A stretch of 64,000 nucleotides of DNA from positions 26,660,001 to 26,724,000 of the forward strand of contig OZ336887.1 in the NCBI GenBank assembly GCA_965287045.1, given 5' to 3'. Positions within the stretch are counted from its first letter, which is position 1. Each line of letters starts with the position of its first letter. The stretch comes from Carcharhinus amblyrhynchos. Taxonomy: Eukaryota. This document shows, piece by piece, positions 10,897 through 23,846 of the stretch. The notes below the pieces were generated by a model that made no database searches, was not told the origin of the DNA, and was given only the letters and a program-made list of their open reading frames with translations. The position numbers and the translations under genes were made by a program.

Positions 10897-11235
10897 GGGG
10901 CGGCACAGTAGCACAGTGGTTAGCACTGCTGCTTCACAGCTCCAGGGACCTGGATTCAATTCCTGGCTCGGGTCACTGTCTGTGTGGAGTTTACACATTC
11001 TCCTTGTGTCTGCGTGGCTTTCCTCTGGGTACTCCGGTCTCCTCCCACAGTCCAAAAGATGTGTGGGTTTGGTTGATTGGCTGTGCTAAAAAAAATGCCC
11101 CTTAGTGTCCTGGGATATGTAGGATAGAGGGATTAGTGGGTAAAATTTGTAGGGATATGGGGGTAGGGCCTGGGTGGGATTGTGTTCATGCAGACTTGAT
11201 GGGCCGAAAGGCCTCTTTCTGCTCTGTAGGGTTCT
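10897..11235 (+). mobile_element. HE1/V-SINE-like tRNA-derived SINE, full length
   Basis: GGGGCGGCACAGTAGCACAGTGGTTAGCACT head with A/B-box-like motifs, central domain GGTACTCCGGT..CCTCCCACA, CR1-like tail; TSD ATGATC at 10891-10896 and 11236-11241. Confidence 0.88.
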
Positions 11236-12128
11236 ATGATCAACTATGACCACACTGAATGATGGAACAGGGGCTGAATGCTCCTATTTCTTATGCCCTG
11301 GAGCCATCTCTTCTGGCTTGGCTCCATTAAAGAGCCACTAAATTTCCTGCCTTGGACTGTTGAGCTACCACTCAATGCAAAGAGTAGCTCGTTAGCCCAG
11401 TGCAAACATGACTCCAATTAATATTGCATGACAATTATTAGTTGAGAAACGTAATTGTGCTGACCATCTGATATAGGAAAATGTTGAAAAGCACCAAGTT
11501 ATATTATGAAAAGCAGATTTTCAAATAATTAACTTGTTCAGGGAGGAAAATGATATCAGCATTCAAGACCTTGAATTAGTAAGAGGTTTAAATTTCACAC
11601 AAAGATAATTGGGATGATTGTCAAAATTAAGGATTAATGTGAAGAAAATTATATTCGTCGGAGTTGACTACAAAATATATTTAATTCAATTCTACAGTTG
11701 GCGGACACTGCAGGCATGGTGGAGGGAGTGTTTAATGTGATGAATGTGATGGAAGTGGGCTTCATTGTTCTGGATGATGTCGAGCTTTGAGTATTGTTGG
11801 AGCTCCACAGGCAAGTGAAGAATATTCCATTTTGGCTTATGCCTAGGTAGTGAAAGGTTTTGGGGAGTCAGCATTGCCTCTCACCTTGTAGCCATAATGT
11901 TTAAGTCGCTGGTTCAGTTACGTTTCTGGTCAATGGTAATCATGCAGGATACTGATGGTATTGAATTGGCAGAGGGACGTTTTTGGATGAAATATTAAAT
12001 AGAGGTTCCATTCTCCTCTCAGGTGGACATAGAATGTCCAACAGCACAGCAGGGCAACCCTTCATTGTGTACGGGCTAATCTTTATTCATCAACTAACAT
12101 GCAAGAAATTATCTAATTATTTCTCTCC

Positions 12129-12450
12129 GGGCGGCATGGTGGCACAGTGGTTAGCACTGCTGCCTCACAGTGCCAAGGATCTGGGTTTAATTCTGGCATC
12201 AAGTCATCGTCTGTGCGGAGTTTGCACATTCTCCCTGTGTCTGTGTGGGTTTCCTCTGGGTGCTCCGGTTTCCTCCCACACTTCAAAGATGTACGGGTTA
12301 AGTTGATTGGCCATGCTAAATTGCCCCTTAGTGTCAGGGGGGATTAGCAGGGTAATTAAGTGAGGTTACAGGGTTAGGGACTAGCTGATATTGTGGTCGG
12401 TGCAGACTCGATGGGCCAATGGCCTCCTTCTGCACCGTAGGGATTCTATT
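12129..12450 (+). mobile_element. HE1/V-SINE-like SINE
   Basis: Same structure as the 10897 copy. Confidence 0.88.
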
Positions 12451-13050
12451 TCTTTGAATGTGGCTTGCAAGATCTTGCTGAGTGCAAAATTGATTTTCTA
12501 CATTACAACTATGACTATACTCACACAGTATATCAATGGCTGTAAAGGGCTGCGGAATGTCCAGAAATTGTAAACATCAAGATATAACTGCCTCTCTTTC
12601 TAAGCAAAAATTCTGAAGGCAACATTTAAAATTCACATGTTTAAAGCAATACCAGACCTCCTCCCAGTCATTGTATCATCTTTCTCAATGCTGTAAACTG
12701 CTCCTTCCTTGCCTTCCATCTTGAGCATCTCCTTCCCTCGCTGCTCAACCACTTGCATGTGACTAATCCAAACACTGAAATCCCCCCCAAAACCGTGCCG
12801 CTTCTTTTAAAAATGCAGTTTTTAAAACTAATGTTTAGGCTGTACTTCTTAAGTTTTCTTCTTTGACTTGGTGCCCATTGTTTTCTGTTGTGCCTTGGTA
12901 TTTTTTTCCAAATTAAAGGGTGTGACTGGTATTATTGCTTACACAGAAAGAGTCTTCTTTCACAACCACAGCCTAGAGACATCAAAGAGAAACTTTACCA
13001 CGAAGCGCCAGATTTTGAAATTGCATTTCTTTCCGTATGGCAAAGGATAC

Positions 13051-13141
13051 TGTATTCATGCAGGATGAGTTGTACTAGTTTTTCCGAACACTGTGTCAAT
13101 GAAACTGTTGAGTTGAAAGAGATCCCACCACCTTTCTTTGG
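13051..13141 (-). CDS. DRG2: DRG2 exon 7, 91 nt
   Basis: PKKGGGISFNSTVSLTQCSEKLVQLILHEY(K); followed by the U12-type donor GTATCCTTT. Confidence 0.96.
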
Positions 13142-13399
13142 CTGAAAAGGAAGGAAGTCAAGTCAAGTTCAGAATCATAACAATTAGTACAAAATTAATT
13201 TCAGTCAAGGTTAAGAATGCGTCATGTTAGAATGAGTGTCCCCAACACAACATTCTTGTTGCAATCCAGCCAGCAGATTCTTTTCAGTTCCAAATGGAAG
13301 TAAGCAGAGTGGTTACTAGTTTTGTATACTAGTGCGAGAAGAAGCTGGGATCAGGTCATGACTTTTAAACTTCCTGGGTCTGAATAATGCAACAAGGTT

Positions 13400-14925
13400 A
13401 CTCCCTGATTGGTGGACAGAGACTAACCAGGGAACAGCTATTCTGATCAATCTTCCACTTTCCTGGATGCTTTGTACCAGGAGGCAGCCATGCCACTTTG
13501 GATAAGGTCATTTGGTCAGTGGTCAGACAGGAGGGTGTGACTGTGCATGCGGCAGTAAAAGGACCCAGATGGCAAGTATCCAGTGGATTTGAAGTCCTCT
13601 CAGCTTGTTTGGATGAGAGTGGAGGCTACAGGGTGCATGAGCAAACTGACCATGTCATCATGGTAGAGGAGGCCTTTCAAGTGGGGTAAGTACAAAGGAA
13701 TGCAGTGGTAGTAGGGGACAGTAGACTGAGGGGGATTGTCATTGTTCTCTGCAGCAGAGTCCTGATGGTTGTTGCCTGCCCAGTGCTAGGGTTTGGGACA
13801 TTTGCTCAGGGCTGGAGTGGAATTTGCAATGGGAGGAACAGGACTCAGTTGCCATGCTCTATGTGGGTACCAATGATATAAGTAGATCTTGGAAAGGGGT
13901 TCTGCATTGAGTGCATCAGGACTGGACAGTAAACTGAAAAGCAGAACTTCAAAAGTAATCTCTAGATTATTTCTGAGCCTCTTGCAATTCGGCACAGGAC
14001 GAATAAGATTAAAGAAATGAAGTGTGGCTCAGTAACTGGTGTGGGAGAAATGGGTTCTAATTTGTGGGGCATTGGCACCAGTATTGGGGAAAGTAAAATC
14101 TGTAACTTTGGGATGGTCTACACCCAAACCATGCTGGGACCAGTGTTCTAATGAACCACATAACTAAGGAAGAAGATAAGATTTCAAACGAAATGGTGGG
14201 GTCAAGGGACCAAATGTGGTAAATCAACGAGTTGAGAAAAGACAAGAGAGAAAGGTACTAATGTAGAAAACGAGGAACAGACCATGGCAGGAAGTGAGAG
14301 TAAAGGGAGCATAAATCTAAGAGTAAATCAGCAGGTGAGGTTAGAGTTTAGAAAAGAATAAAAGGACAAAATTAAAAGCTTTGTATCAGAATGCATTCCA
14401 AACAAATGAACTGAGAGCGCAAATAGAGATAAATAACTATGATCTGATATCCATTAGACACATGGTTGCAGGGTTACATAGATTGATACCTGAAATTAAA
14501 TAGCTGGTAACATTTACGAAGGACAAAAAGCTAGGAAAAGGTGGAGGGGTGCCTCTATTAATGATTACAGAGGGAGGGCCTAATTTCAGGAGGAAGAAAC
14601 AGGTTGAGTTAAGAAATGACAAAGGCAAGAAGTTAACCTTAGGAGGGGTGTATAGGCCCCTGACAGTAATCATATATTAAGATGTGGTGTAAAGGAAGAA
14701 ATAATGGGAGCTTGTCAAAAAAGGTACGGCGATAATCATGGGAAATTTTAATCTTGACTGGGGAAGTCAAATGGACAAAGGCAGCCCAGAATTCGTAGAA
14801 TGTTTTCAGAATAGTTTCTCAGAAAAGCATGTTCTGGCACCAACCAGAAAACAGGCTATGCTAGACGTGGTATTGTGCAATGGAATAGGATTATAATGAG
14901 CTCAGTGAAACAACTCCTGGGTACC
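13400..14925 (+). mobile_element. Old CR1 LINE 5' portion: ORF1 esterase-like domain and ORF2 endonuclease start
   Basis: VVVGDSRLRG / CLPSAR / WDGLHPN (SGNH-like) followed by GKGGGVPLL, LGGVYRP, IIMGNFN and MLDVVLCN (APE endonuclease) remnants. Confidence 0.72.
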
Positions 14926-15300
14926 CTCACCTGCCCTTCAGGTCCTGTCGCTTGCTCCTTCTATTTTTAACTATATCTTTTTAAGAGATTTCTGAGAGAC
15001 ATGATAATATGTTAACTACAAGCTTGCCTGTTCTTTTTGGGTGCCAAAAGAAGAAACAATGTGTGTTTATATTGCACATTTAGCACAATAAAATTACTTC
15101 ACAGAAGGCACAAAGCAGACATTGAGTTAACAACCTAGTTTATAAAGTCACACAAGGGAGAAAAACATCAACAATCCTCAAAAACACAAGCAGAAAACTG
15201 AAATCATTTACAAGATTTGTTAAACACTCAAATTAATTAGCTTGAGTTCATTAGTGGCAGTTCAACTTCAGCAAAAAAGAACAAAAACTACAGCCCTCAC

Positions 15301-15373
15301 CTTGAAGTAAATATTGGGTTTAGGCTTGTTTAATCGGATTCCTACAGACTCCAACTCCTTTTCCAGTAAACTT
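15301..15373 (-). CDS. DRG2: DRG2 exon 6, 73 nt
   Basis: (R)[24 protein letters not shown]; TTTAG acceptor, GTGAG donor. Confidence 0.96.
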
Positions 15374-16673
15374 CTAAAGTGAAAACAGAAGTATTGTTTC
15401 AGTTTATTCATCAATATCTGGGATCAGTTTAAAGGAAGTTTCATTCTTTTTATCAATACAAAAATCAACCAATCTGATTCTTAAACAGTCAATGGTAGTA
15501 GTAAGCATGAGATCCTTTCTCTCCCTCACCAGCTAAGACAAAGTGAAAATGCCTTTGTATCATGTCTTCTACAACCTGAGGAAGTGCGTTCTGAAGTTTG
15601 GCCACTGTTGTAATGCAGGGAGACAATAGGGAAAAATAGAAAATACGAGCCTGCTCCACCATTCATTATGATCATGGCTGAACATCCAGCTCAGCAGTCT
15701 GATCCTGCCCCCTCCAATATCCTTTGATCCCCTTCGCCCCAAGAGCTATAACTAGTTCCTTTTTGAAAACATGCAAATGTTTTGACTTCAACTGCATACT
15801 GTGGTAGAGAATTCCACTGGCTGACTACTCTCTGGATAAAGAAATTTCTCCTCTCCTTACTTTACACTGTATCCTTGGATTATGACCCCTGGTTCTGGAC
15901 ACCCCACCACTGGGAACATTCCACACAGCCTGGCTTGGTTTTAATGGTTTTGGAACTTGTTGGGCATATTTACACAAATGTTTGGCTATCTTAGAAGCTG
16001 TTTTAAGTCACTGAAATGCTGTTGGCCAATCTTTTAAAACTGTACTGGGAATGGGGATGGGTTGGGAAACGGCTGTGTTTCTGTGAGCTCTGGCGCTACT
16101 CATCTTTTAATCCTTTCATTTACTCTGATGCGCTGCCCTTATGTAACTAATATTGAAGTGAAAATTCCGCACTATGTCCCTGGAAGATTTCTGGTGAAGT
16201 TTTGGGACAAAGTGCTGAGTAAAGAGATGAAAATCCTCAATGGAAAGAAACAGCTCCCAACTGCTGATTCTTTTATTCAATCATGGATCCATTTCAACTT
16301 AAAGTTTGCCAATTACAAAGTTGTTACTGGGGTAAGGGGGGTTAAAATACAACTACAGAGTGGTATTCAAACTGTAAGTGTAGAACTCATCTAATCCAAG
16401 ATATACACAACAGCAAGTGGCTGAAGGAACAATTTGAGGTTGTGCTCAGCCATATAAATAAAAAGTCTTGAAGGTCAATCTCTAATTTGTGCTGAATTAC
16501 CCCAAGATAACCAAATTGGCAGTCAGGGCGCTTTAGCTGAAGCGTTAATCTATCTTTTCTCTTTCCACATTCTACCACTTTACTAAATTTCCATTATATT
16601 TTTGTCTTTTTAAAAAGACTGTGCATGGATATTTTAGCTGCTTCCATACAGACATACATACACACACACACAC

Positions 16674-16764
16674 CTCTGCACATCACCCTTTGTTGCATCC
16701 AGCATCATTATTACAACATCTGCTGTCCGAGCAACTGCAATCACCTGGCGACCACGGCCCTTAC
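16674..16764 (-). CDS. DRG2: DRG2 exon 5, 91 nt
   Basis: (G)[29 protein letters not shown](R); ACAG acceptor, GTGTGT donor. Confidence 0.96.
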
Positions 16765-17028
16765 CTGTAACAAATTCAAAAACAATATTTCAGCGATCTG
16801 TCACTCTAGTTAAGCTTCAGCAGCAAACTTATGATGACTAGTTATTGCATTTCCTGAAATCTGATTGAGTTGCTGTTCTACAAGTTTTTTGAAAGATAGC
16901 AGAGAGGAGAGGGGATTTCACAAGAGAACACAATTAATTTGCACTGATAATTGCAACCCAAAGTATTTCACAGACAACAAAATTCTTTAAAGTGTAGTCA
17001 TGGTCCAGATATAGAGAATATATAGCCT

Positions 17029-17366
17029 CATAAGAACATAAGAACATAAGAAATAGGAGCAGGAGTAGGCCATCTAGCCCTTCGAGCCTGCCCCGCCATT
17101 CAATAAGATCATGGCTGATCTGTTGTGGCTCAGTTCCACTTTCCCGCCCTCTCCCCATAACCCTTAATCCCCTCTCTTATCAAGAACCCATCAACCCGCT
17201 TCTTAAAAATATTTAGCAAGGCAGCCTCCACCACTTCAATGGGCAGAGAATTCCAGAGATTCACCACCCTTTGAGTGAAGAAGTTCCTCCTCAACTCCGT
17301 TCTAAACCGCCTCCCCTTTATCTTGAGGCTGTGCCCCCTAGTCCTACTGTCTTTTTTGAGCGGGAA
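17029..17366 (-). mobile_element. Young CR1-type LINE 3' end (copy B)
   Basis: Same ORF2 tail, 3'UTR and (TTCTTATG)3 tail. Confidence 0.92.
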
Positions 17367-17642
17367 CACTCACATTATCAATATTTCCAGAAGTCAGGAC
17401 AAGAAGGTTCAACCAGACATGTCCATTGATACTTCAGTTAATAAAATTGCTGCAAGAACCATATCCATCATTTAGAAAGGGTCTTTACTCTTGCATAATT
17501 TCCATGGCTCCTCTATCCTTCAAGCCAGAGGAAGAGCCTGGGATTGGAACTTGGGAACACAGAATTTTTTCATAGGCAACCCCAGACTCAAACCTTTCCA
17601 AGCAATTGCAAGCATTCCAACTCAACAAATGCACATACAGAC

Positions 17643-17703
17643 CTTGTGCTGCTCCTTCAATGATACCAGGCAGATCCAAAAGCTGAATGTTAGCTCCTTT
17701 ATG
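17643..17703 (-). CDS. DRG2: DRG2 exon 4, 61 nt
   Basis: HKGANIQLLDLPGIIEGAAQ(G), G3 motif DLPG; GCAG acceptor, GTCTGT donor. Confidence 0.96.
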
Positions 17704-18387
17704 CTGCATTATAAAAAAAAATCCTTTTTTAGCAAATAAAAATCTGCTCACAATAGTTTTGAGTTTTATTTTGTGGCTCATGGATGCAAAGATTTTTAAT
17801 ATTTATTTAAATTAAGGCACGTAATAACTCAACTCTGACTTCTTGACTCAGAAACTGACAGAGGTGGCAGTCAGCCTGCAACACAGATCTGGTTCCAGAC
17901 TCCCTTAGCCACTCTGTTCGACCTGTGCAGAAATATACAAGCAGCCCAGGATATCTCTCTTTCCAATTTCCTCTTCCGCTGATAAGAAAGTCCTTAAGTT
18001 CTTTCTAACCAACTTGGGTGAAATCAGGAAATTAACTGTGAACCTGAGCATATTCTCTGTGGTACATCACACTGAAACTTAACATTATACAACTACACAA
18101 ATCCTCTTGCTCCCTCCAGGCCAACAAGCACAATGATAACATTTTCTTAAATTCTCCTGGCTGTTAATGCCATGTGAAAATTAAAATGAGCACTGTGGGG
18201 GGACAAAGGATGGAGGCCTGTGATGTCACCAAATTTGGATCATAGGACCTGAACCTATTATGTTATTCAGTCCCTTGAACCTATTCTGCCATTCCATGAA
18301 ACTACAGTTGATCTACACCCTGTCATAAAATATCTGTACTTGCCACATATCTTTTAATGGTTTTGACAGGTTTTTTGATATTCAATG

Positions 18388-18745
18388 AGGAGGCAATGGC
18401 CTAATGGTATCATCGCTAGATTGTTAATCCAGAAACTCAGCTCATGTTCTGGGGACCCAGGGATTTGAATCCTGCCAGGGCAGGTGGTGAAATCTGAATT
18501 CAATAAAAGATATTTAGAATTAAAAATCTACTGATGACCATGAAATCATTGTTGATTGTTGGAAAAACCCACCTGGATCACCAGTGCCCTTTACGGAAGG
18601 AAATCTGCTGTCCTTATCTGGTCTGGCCTACATGTGACCCAGAGCCACAGCAATGTGGTTAACTCTCAACTGTCCTCGGTCAATTAGGGATGGGCAATAA
18701 ATGCTGGCCAGCCAGTGACGCCCATGTCCCGCGAGTGAATAATAA
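18388..18745 (+). mobile_element. tRNA-derived SINE, second family, inserted in an old CR1 3' end
   Basis: A-box-like TGGCCTAATGGT, B-box-like GATTTGAATCC, tail GGATGGGCAATAAATGCTGGCCAGCCAGTGACGCCC; degraded relative at ~58780-58960. Confidence 0.7.
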
Positions 18746-20474
18746 AACAAAATCTTAAATTTAAAATTAACAACTGATCAAGCATTACCAGTTGTGAAAG
18801 AGAGCTCCAGACTTCTATCATTGTGTGCCAGGTATTTCCTAATTACACTCTTGAAAGATCGGGCTATGCTCCAAGTCCTATGTTCCACAACCAGCAGAAA
18901 TTGTTTCTCACTATCTATCTTATCTGTTCCCCTTAATACCTTGAAAACCTCTCCCAAATTGCTTAACCTTCTAAATCCAACAGAATATAACCCTAGTTTG
19001 TGTAATGTCGCCACACAATTTAACCCCTGGAGACTGGGTATCATTCTGATCATTTTGGATCAAGTACCAACCTGGAGAAGAGTTCAGCTGGATTTCCAAG
19101 CATTTTAAGTCACAAATAAAAGGCCTTGATCAAGAAATCTTTTTAAAACAGGATTAAACTTCAAACAATATTTCTGAACGGAGACATGTTACGCAAACAA
19201 AAATGAAACAGAAATCCCTAATCATCCAACTGCATTGCTTTTTATTAAACTAAGAATCTTCAAGTATTTGCTTAGCTTAAATAAGTTTCAACAGAAATGA
19301 AATTCAGTCAACATAACATTTTAATTCTGCACAAATATCAACAAGTACACAATATGAATCAATAACAGAAGATAAAACTGAACAAATGTTTTGTTTTTTG
19401 CCAAGTAAATTAACTGCTATAAAATCTAATACAGAACCAATCTCTTCTAATTTTGTGAAAACTGCAAAATATCATGTGATTGAAGCACCAAGCGCACGTC
19501 TAATCAGAGCGGTGACCCTATGAGTACGATAGTCTCCTGATGGGCTCAGTTAGCAAACATCCACTCATATGAATCAACCATTCATTTGTCTTATTTTTGT
19601 TTCAGGAAACCAAGCCTGTTCTTAATTGACTAGAAAGGTTCCAGATTCAAGCCCCCAGTCAGTACCAAGGCAGCTCAGTAAGGGTAACAGCAGACCTGAA
19701 CTAAAGGGGATGAGGGAAAATGAAACAGGGCTATTGATTATTACCAGAAGCTCCGTCTTGAAAGGGTATGTGTTTGGACAATGAGTGGACAGTGTGGGGC
19801 ATGGTCCTCAGACTAAACCCTCTTTGAATACTGCCAATCATGCTGCTTATATTGGACTTCTAGCCTCAAAAACAAAGTCAGTGATGGGAGTTGGAACGAT
19901 TGTGGGCAAGTGCCTACATCATTCAGTAAAGGTCGACAGGAGAATTATATGTCGTTAGGTCATAGACCAACTATAACCTCATGGAACACCAGAATAGTCT
20001 CAAAGGAGTGAATAGCGGACTCCAATTTTATGATCCAAATTTGGTGACATTGATGAACAATGAGAGAAACCTCTCATCAGCCAGCATACACATAACTTGG
20101 AGCAAAATACTTGGTGCTTTATAACAGAGAAAACTAAAAAGGATCTAACAAAAACTGCACTGAAATTACTGCACAACAGCATGAAGGGAATGTTCTCCAA
20201 GGGAACGCACTAGGTGCACTACAATACTGCAATCTGCATTTACAGCTATCTAGCTGCTTTAAAAATTAAGATAGATTTAGTCATAACCAGTTGAATTCCA
20301 CAAATAACTGAAGTTTGAAGCTTAAGAAATAACCTCATCTGGTTAGAATTCAAATGCAAAGTATAATATACATTCCCCTGTCAAGGCCAGGGACAGAGCA
20401 TAACAGCAACTAGAGTCAGTCTCATGGCACAAACAAAGATCCAGTGTAGTTCAATCTTACTGAGAACATCTTAC

Positions 20475-20564
20475 CTCTATGACACCTGGGATACAGGTAA
20501 GAGTTGTGAATTCATATGAAGCTGCTTCACTTGCAGTGGAAGTCATCAAACTCAGGAATGTAGA
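20475..20564 (-). CDS. DRG2: DRG2 exon 3, 90 nt
   Basis: STFLSLMTSTASEAASYEFTTLTCIPGVIE (G2 motif YEFTT); TTTCAG acceptor, GTAAG donor. Confidence 0.97.
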
Positions 20565-22957
20565 CTGAAAGACAAATATTGGCCACAACTCAAGTACAAG
20601 CTCATCACAACAGAGAGTTACAATGCTTCAATTTAAGGCCAGTTACTAGCACTATTTCAGCCTATTTTTCTAGGTTACTACCAACTTTTTTTCATATGTT
20701 AGATCTTTCTCTTTGCAGTCCAATTTCCCCTGGGTTTAGAGTTCACGTTATTTGTAAGCAAAGGTGACCATGGCTCTTTCCATATATCAGACAACTTATA
20801 TCACTTACTAATCTTTCAAAATTTCAAAGCACTTAACATGCAACAAATTATTTTGTAAATTCGTCAATTACATGACAGGGTCTTTAATGTCTATTTCAGT
20901 CGCTGTAGGGTGTCCAAAAACTGGACACCTTTCTCTTGCACTCCAGTGAACCTTAATCCTGCCAAACCCAAGTCGGAGAAGTTTGGTGAGTTGCCAAGTA
21001 TTGATTGGCTTCAAGCAGCCGATGTGCTCCAGCAAAACTTGACTCCACCAGGCCCAGTGCAGATGCAGCTGCGTCAGACAAAAGACTCTTGCAGAATCCA
21101 ATGAGGTACGATATTTAGCTATGTATTGTACTTGGGGGGAGTCAGGACACATGCCTATCCTTGCTAAGATATTGAATTTTGATGCCATTAAGGCTACCCA
21201 ATAGAAGCACACAGGATTAAATCCAAACATTACACCTGATTCTCAATAGTCTAAAATCTATTAACAGGGCTCATCTCTTCTCACTTTGAGAAAACTGCAA
21301 AATACTTGATGCACCAGGCATACATCCAATCAGAGCTGCAATCCTATGAGCACGATATTCTCCTGATGGATTGGGTGGCAAACTGGCTGTCTTCTTGCAG
21401 CTGTCCCAAGTCAGTTCAAAGAGAGTGAAAGAGTACCCTACAATCTTGCATGAATAAAAACAGAGTTTTCAAATGCAAGGTATTTTTAAACATCATTTCA
21501 GTTTGATTGATTTTTTATTTTAAATGGGATAAACTAACGTAAGGAAGTGGGTGAGGCATGGAAGAGTTATTAAATCCAATGTGCGAGAAGTGAATTAATA
21601 TCAGCAGCAACAAGGCATTTAAACCTAAAATGCTTTGCGATCATATCACTTGGTTTTCCTGCAACTCTTATTCACTGAATTAAGGTGTTTCAATTTGAAT
21701 TAATGTGATTAATATCCCACCCTTTCCCAAAATCCAGCACATTTTCAAATCGAGCCTGGACTCAATCCCAAGATTGACGGATTTGAGGTACTCCTTTTTT
21801 TGCAGTGCTTTATCTGAGTGATACAAGCTCTGATAATAATGAGAAATCCTGCCATGGTGATCTCAACACAAAATTCTGATAATGTGTCAAGTGTTTTCAC
21901 GTATGACAAGTTGACAGGTATCGAAATGTGTGTACAATATTTCATCATGACAAAGAATAAGCAAGGTCGATGGTGGTCACAGTTTACAGTGTCAAGCACG
22001 TGCTGCCAAAATTTCACTAAATATATCTGGGTATGTATTAGTGACTTGCAGCCATCCTCAACTGTTGTGCTTTTCAATTTCATAGTCAGTGGCATCAAGC
22101 ACTGTGTGTGCTATCCTCTCTTTGCCGAGATGATCACATGATCCCACTGTGGAAACTACTCAACATGACCACTTTCTCACTCACTCTATCAAGCACCATC
22201 AAGACACAAAAACAAGGGGAACAAAGAAAAACCAGAGTGCAGACATATCCACATATATTTAGATTTATGTGGCCTTTTATTGTAAAGCATATCCTCTTCC
22301 AAAGTGAAAGTCAAAATTACTGCAGGAAACAATGCTGCCTTGGCGACCAATGTTTTCAATGATGATATCTAAGCTCCTTCATAGTGGAAGTGATGCAAAT
22401 TGAGCAGGGAACAGAAAGAAGTTTAACTGAAGCCATGAACAAGGAGAGGGAGACATATGACAAATCAGAATACTTTAAAAAGGATTGCAGGGTGCAGGGA
22501 GTGTTTCCCCTCCAAATCTTCCTCGCAGCACAGATTTTGAGCTCTGACCTGCTCCACGGAATTGGAAGCAGGAAAGAGAGGCATGGATCTAAACTGGGAG
22601 AACATCTGAAAGTCCAGTTAAAACATACGGCAGCTGTTAAAACTCTGTAGCAGGAGGGAACGTAATTCCTTCAACATACACCAAAGTTTCTACATAGGAA
22701 GTTGCATGGCTTTTTCTATTATAGCAGGGGCCATAAATTACGCATTTCACAGCCAAGGCCATGACACTGGAGAATGAGTTAAGGATGAAAAGTAATGGTT
22801 AAACTTGTACATCAAGGAAAAGAGTAGAAAACAAAGTAGGAAATGCATTGCAAAATGTCAGCAATTTGTCGAGAATAGCAGATGAAGTTTTGAGGGCAAT
22901 CCCAAAAGAATACAGCATGTACGTTTCAGATGCTGGGTAAATAGCAGTGTACCATTT

Positions 22958-23587
22958 CATAAGAACATAAGAAATAGGAGCAGGAGTAGGCCATCTAGCC
23001 CCTCGAGCCTGCCCCGCCATTCAATAAGATCATGGCTGATCTGTCATGGCTCAGTTCCACATTCCCGCCCTCTCCCCATAACCCTTAATCCCCTTGCCTA
23101 TCAAAAACCTATCAACCCGCGTCTTAAAAATATTGAGCGAGGCAGCCTCCACCACTTCAATGGGCAGAGAATTCACCCTTTGAGTGAAGAAGTTCCTCCT
23201 CAACTCCGTTCTAAACCGCCCCCCCTTTATCCTGAGGCTGTGCCCTCTAGTCCTACTGTCCTTTCTGAGTGGGAAGAGCCTCTCCAGCTCTATCCTATCC
23301 ATCCCCTTCAACATCTTATACGTCTCAATGAGATCTCCCCTCATTCTTCTAAACTCTAACGAGTACAAGCCTAGTTTATTCAGCCTCTCCTCATAGCTCA
23401 ACCCCCTCAACTCCGGCATCAGCCTAGTAAACCTCCTCTGCACTCCCTCCAAGGCCAAAATATCCTTGCGTAAGTGCGGCGACCAAAACTGCACACAGTA
23501 CTCCAGCTGCGGCCTCACCAGTGCCCTATACAGCTGCAGCAAGACCTCCCTACTTTTATATTCAATCCCCCTCGCTATCCCCCTCAT
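22958..23587 (-). mobile_element. Young CR1-type LINE 3' end (copy C)
   Basis: Open 179-aa ORF2 C-terminus; 5-bp direct repeat CATTT at 22953-22957 and 23588-23592 (candidate TSD). Confidence 0.92.
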
Positions 23588-23685
23588 CATTTACTCCAGC
23601 TTGTCACACCAATCCTTTACAGTCATGATTGTCAAGTGGCTTGTATAGTTAACATGAAGAGAATGAGAACTTAATTTGTTCTTAC

Positions 23686-23846
23686 CTTACCCACAGAAGG
23701 GAATCCGATTAATGCTACCCTGGCATCTCCTGATTTCATCACATCAAAGCCTTCCCCTTTTGATGATGCAGATTTTGAGGGTTCCAATAGTTGAGCTCTG
23801 TACTTAGCAAGCTTGGCCTTCAACAAGCCCAGGTGGTATTCAGTGG
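23686..23846 (-). CDS. DRG2: DRG2 exon 2, 161 nt
   Basis: (A)[53 protein letters not shown], including the G1/P-loop; GCAG acceptor, GTAAG donor. Confidence 0.97.

Larger units (their letters stand above)
9376..13050 (-). other. DRG2: U12-type (minor spliceosome) GT-AG intron 7 of DRG2
   Basis: 5' splice site GTATCCTTTG; branch point TCCTTAATG (9396-9388) about 12 nt from the CAG acceptor; no long polypyrimidine tract. Confidence 0.9.

Noticed and set aside
10897-10975. tRNA gene
   Set aside because: This is the tRNA-derived head of a SINE continuing into the SINE body; the same applies to the other copies.
17485-17781. Supplied ORFs overlapping DRG2/GID4 exons as standalone small proteins (also 5393-5611, 46329-46523, 48273-48455)
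   Set aside because: They are real exons read through into intronic flanks.
23681-23691. Tandem GTAAG GTAAG alternative donors at DRG2 exon 2
   Set aside because: The first GTAAG is simply the conserved Gly-Lys codons of the P-loop; only the second keeps the frame.
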